From Zygnema circumcarinatum SAG 698-1b (Eukaryota > Plantae > Zygnematophyceae), in NCBI GenBank assembly GCA_037447605.1, contig CM074804.1, forward strand, positions 434,001 through 498,000: a stretch of 64,000 nt of DNA, read 5' to 3'. Each line of letters starts with the position of its first letter. Position 1 is the stretch's first letter. The notes beneath the pieces are model-generated. The model saw only the letters and a list, made by a program, of their open reading frames with translations, searched no databases and was not told where the DNA came from. Below are positions 62,978 to 64,000 of this stretch, piece after piece. A program made the translations under genes and the position numbers.

Positions 62978-63721
62978 CGCGGAGGTAAAGAGGGAGAGGG
63001 AGAGCGCGAGAGAGAGTGGAAGAGGCGGAGCTTAAGGCGAGAGCGTCCTGCAGTCCGTACGGTACGGCATGCCGTACTTCTCTCACATGTGCGACCGACC
63101 GTTCCTGTAACGTTAAAAGCAATATAGATATTTTTGATTGTTTCTTTACAGTTTGGAATACACAAAGGTCCATCTATGTAGCCGATCTATGCTGTTGAGC
63201 GTAGATGAGGTCTAAGGTGAAGGTACGAATTGAGCTTGAATTTGAATATTTTGCGTGGAAACTTTCGGTTTGATGACATCATCAAGTTGCGAAAAGAGCG
63301 CGGAAGTATGTATGGCGTTCCCCATCGAACTCGAGGGACTCCCGCGTTGGTTAGAGGGGAGGAAAAAGTTGCTGACGCCACAAACTACGCAGAAAAGAAT
63401 CCGGAGAGATGACCAATTTAATTACTCGAGATGATTTCGAGCCAAGCTGAAGGTCAGCTGCATGTGTCCCGTGAAATCACAGTGTGCCACGTCAGAGACA
63501 TGACACGTGGCCGATCATCATTGGCTCCGGCGAGAGAAGTGTAAAAACGGTCACTGAGTCACTCAAATTACTCTGTGTTAACTGACGCATAGCCAAGGTC
63601 GAACTTCATGAGAGCTCAGCTATGGCGTCGCTCAACCCTAATTCTCAACCTGAAGACCTGCAACCCTAATCCTGCCTCCTGTTTACCCCAACCCTGATCG
63701 CAGAGCAGCAGAAGCAGCAGC

Positions 63722-63960
63722 ATGCGGGGCAGAGGAGGAGGTGGGGGAAGGGGCAGAGGCCGGGGGGGAGGGGGGAGAGGAGGAGGGAGAGGGGGGAGAG
63801 GAGGGAGAGGAGGGAGAGGAAGGGGAGGAGGGAGAGGGGGCAGAGGGGGGAGTGGAGGCAGAGGGGGAAGGGACCAACCTCACAAGCGTCAGCGCTCGGA
63901 CTTGGGAGGAGCGGATGGCGAAAGGGCTACCGGAGCGTCAGGAGCACTTTCAGCTGCAGG
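63722..63960 (+). CDS. First exon of an RGG/GAR-rich protein (partial; gene continues beyond the window)
   Basis: ATG at 63722 gives [34 protein letters not shown]...SGGRGGRDQPHKRQRSDLGGADGERATGASGALSAA, then a G|GTGCAA donor at 63960/61. Two AACCCTAA telo-boxes at 63634 and 63662. Confidence 0.6.
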
Positions 63961-64000
63961 TGCAAGTTGTTTTCATCTTTGCTGCTGTATCACATCCTTC

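Noticed and set aside
63622-63669. Short ORF MASLNPNSQPEDLQP* as a gene start
   Set aside because: It stops after 15 codons and overlaps the telo-boxes; at most a uORF of the RGG gene.

Overview
Eukaryotic, intron-rich nuclear DNA from a plant-lineage organism; a streptophyte green alga is an inference from the plant-type proteins, the intron density and the CT/GA microsatellites. I assembled spliced gene models by hand, checking splice sites and codon phase. Recognisable genes: RPP0 (+), a tandem two-domain DHNAT-like thioesterase ending in SKL (-), a ZNF706-like small zinc finger (+), strumpellin/WASHC5 (+, 29 exons), an aldo-keto reductase (-), LTV1 (-), an NCX/MHX-type cation exchanger (+), HemK/PrmC (+), AMT1 (-) and plastid PPT (-). 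Genes of unknown function: a type I membrane protein (-), a small coiled-coil protein (-) and the first exon of an RGG-rich protein (+). Two related TIR elements are present; the younger has an 8-bp TSD and a decayed Mutator-type transposase fragment. The top leads are: (1) a C2-like domain in the central loop of the exchanger, where animal NCX carries Calx-beta domains; (2) dense CGTAC (SBP/SPL-type) clusters at most promoters; (3) the duplicated peroxisomal thioesterase; (4) a dispersed ~65-bp repeat with a hairpin. No database searches were run, so all family assignments rest on recognised motifs. N gaps are at 5500-5509 and 45774-45783.
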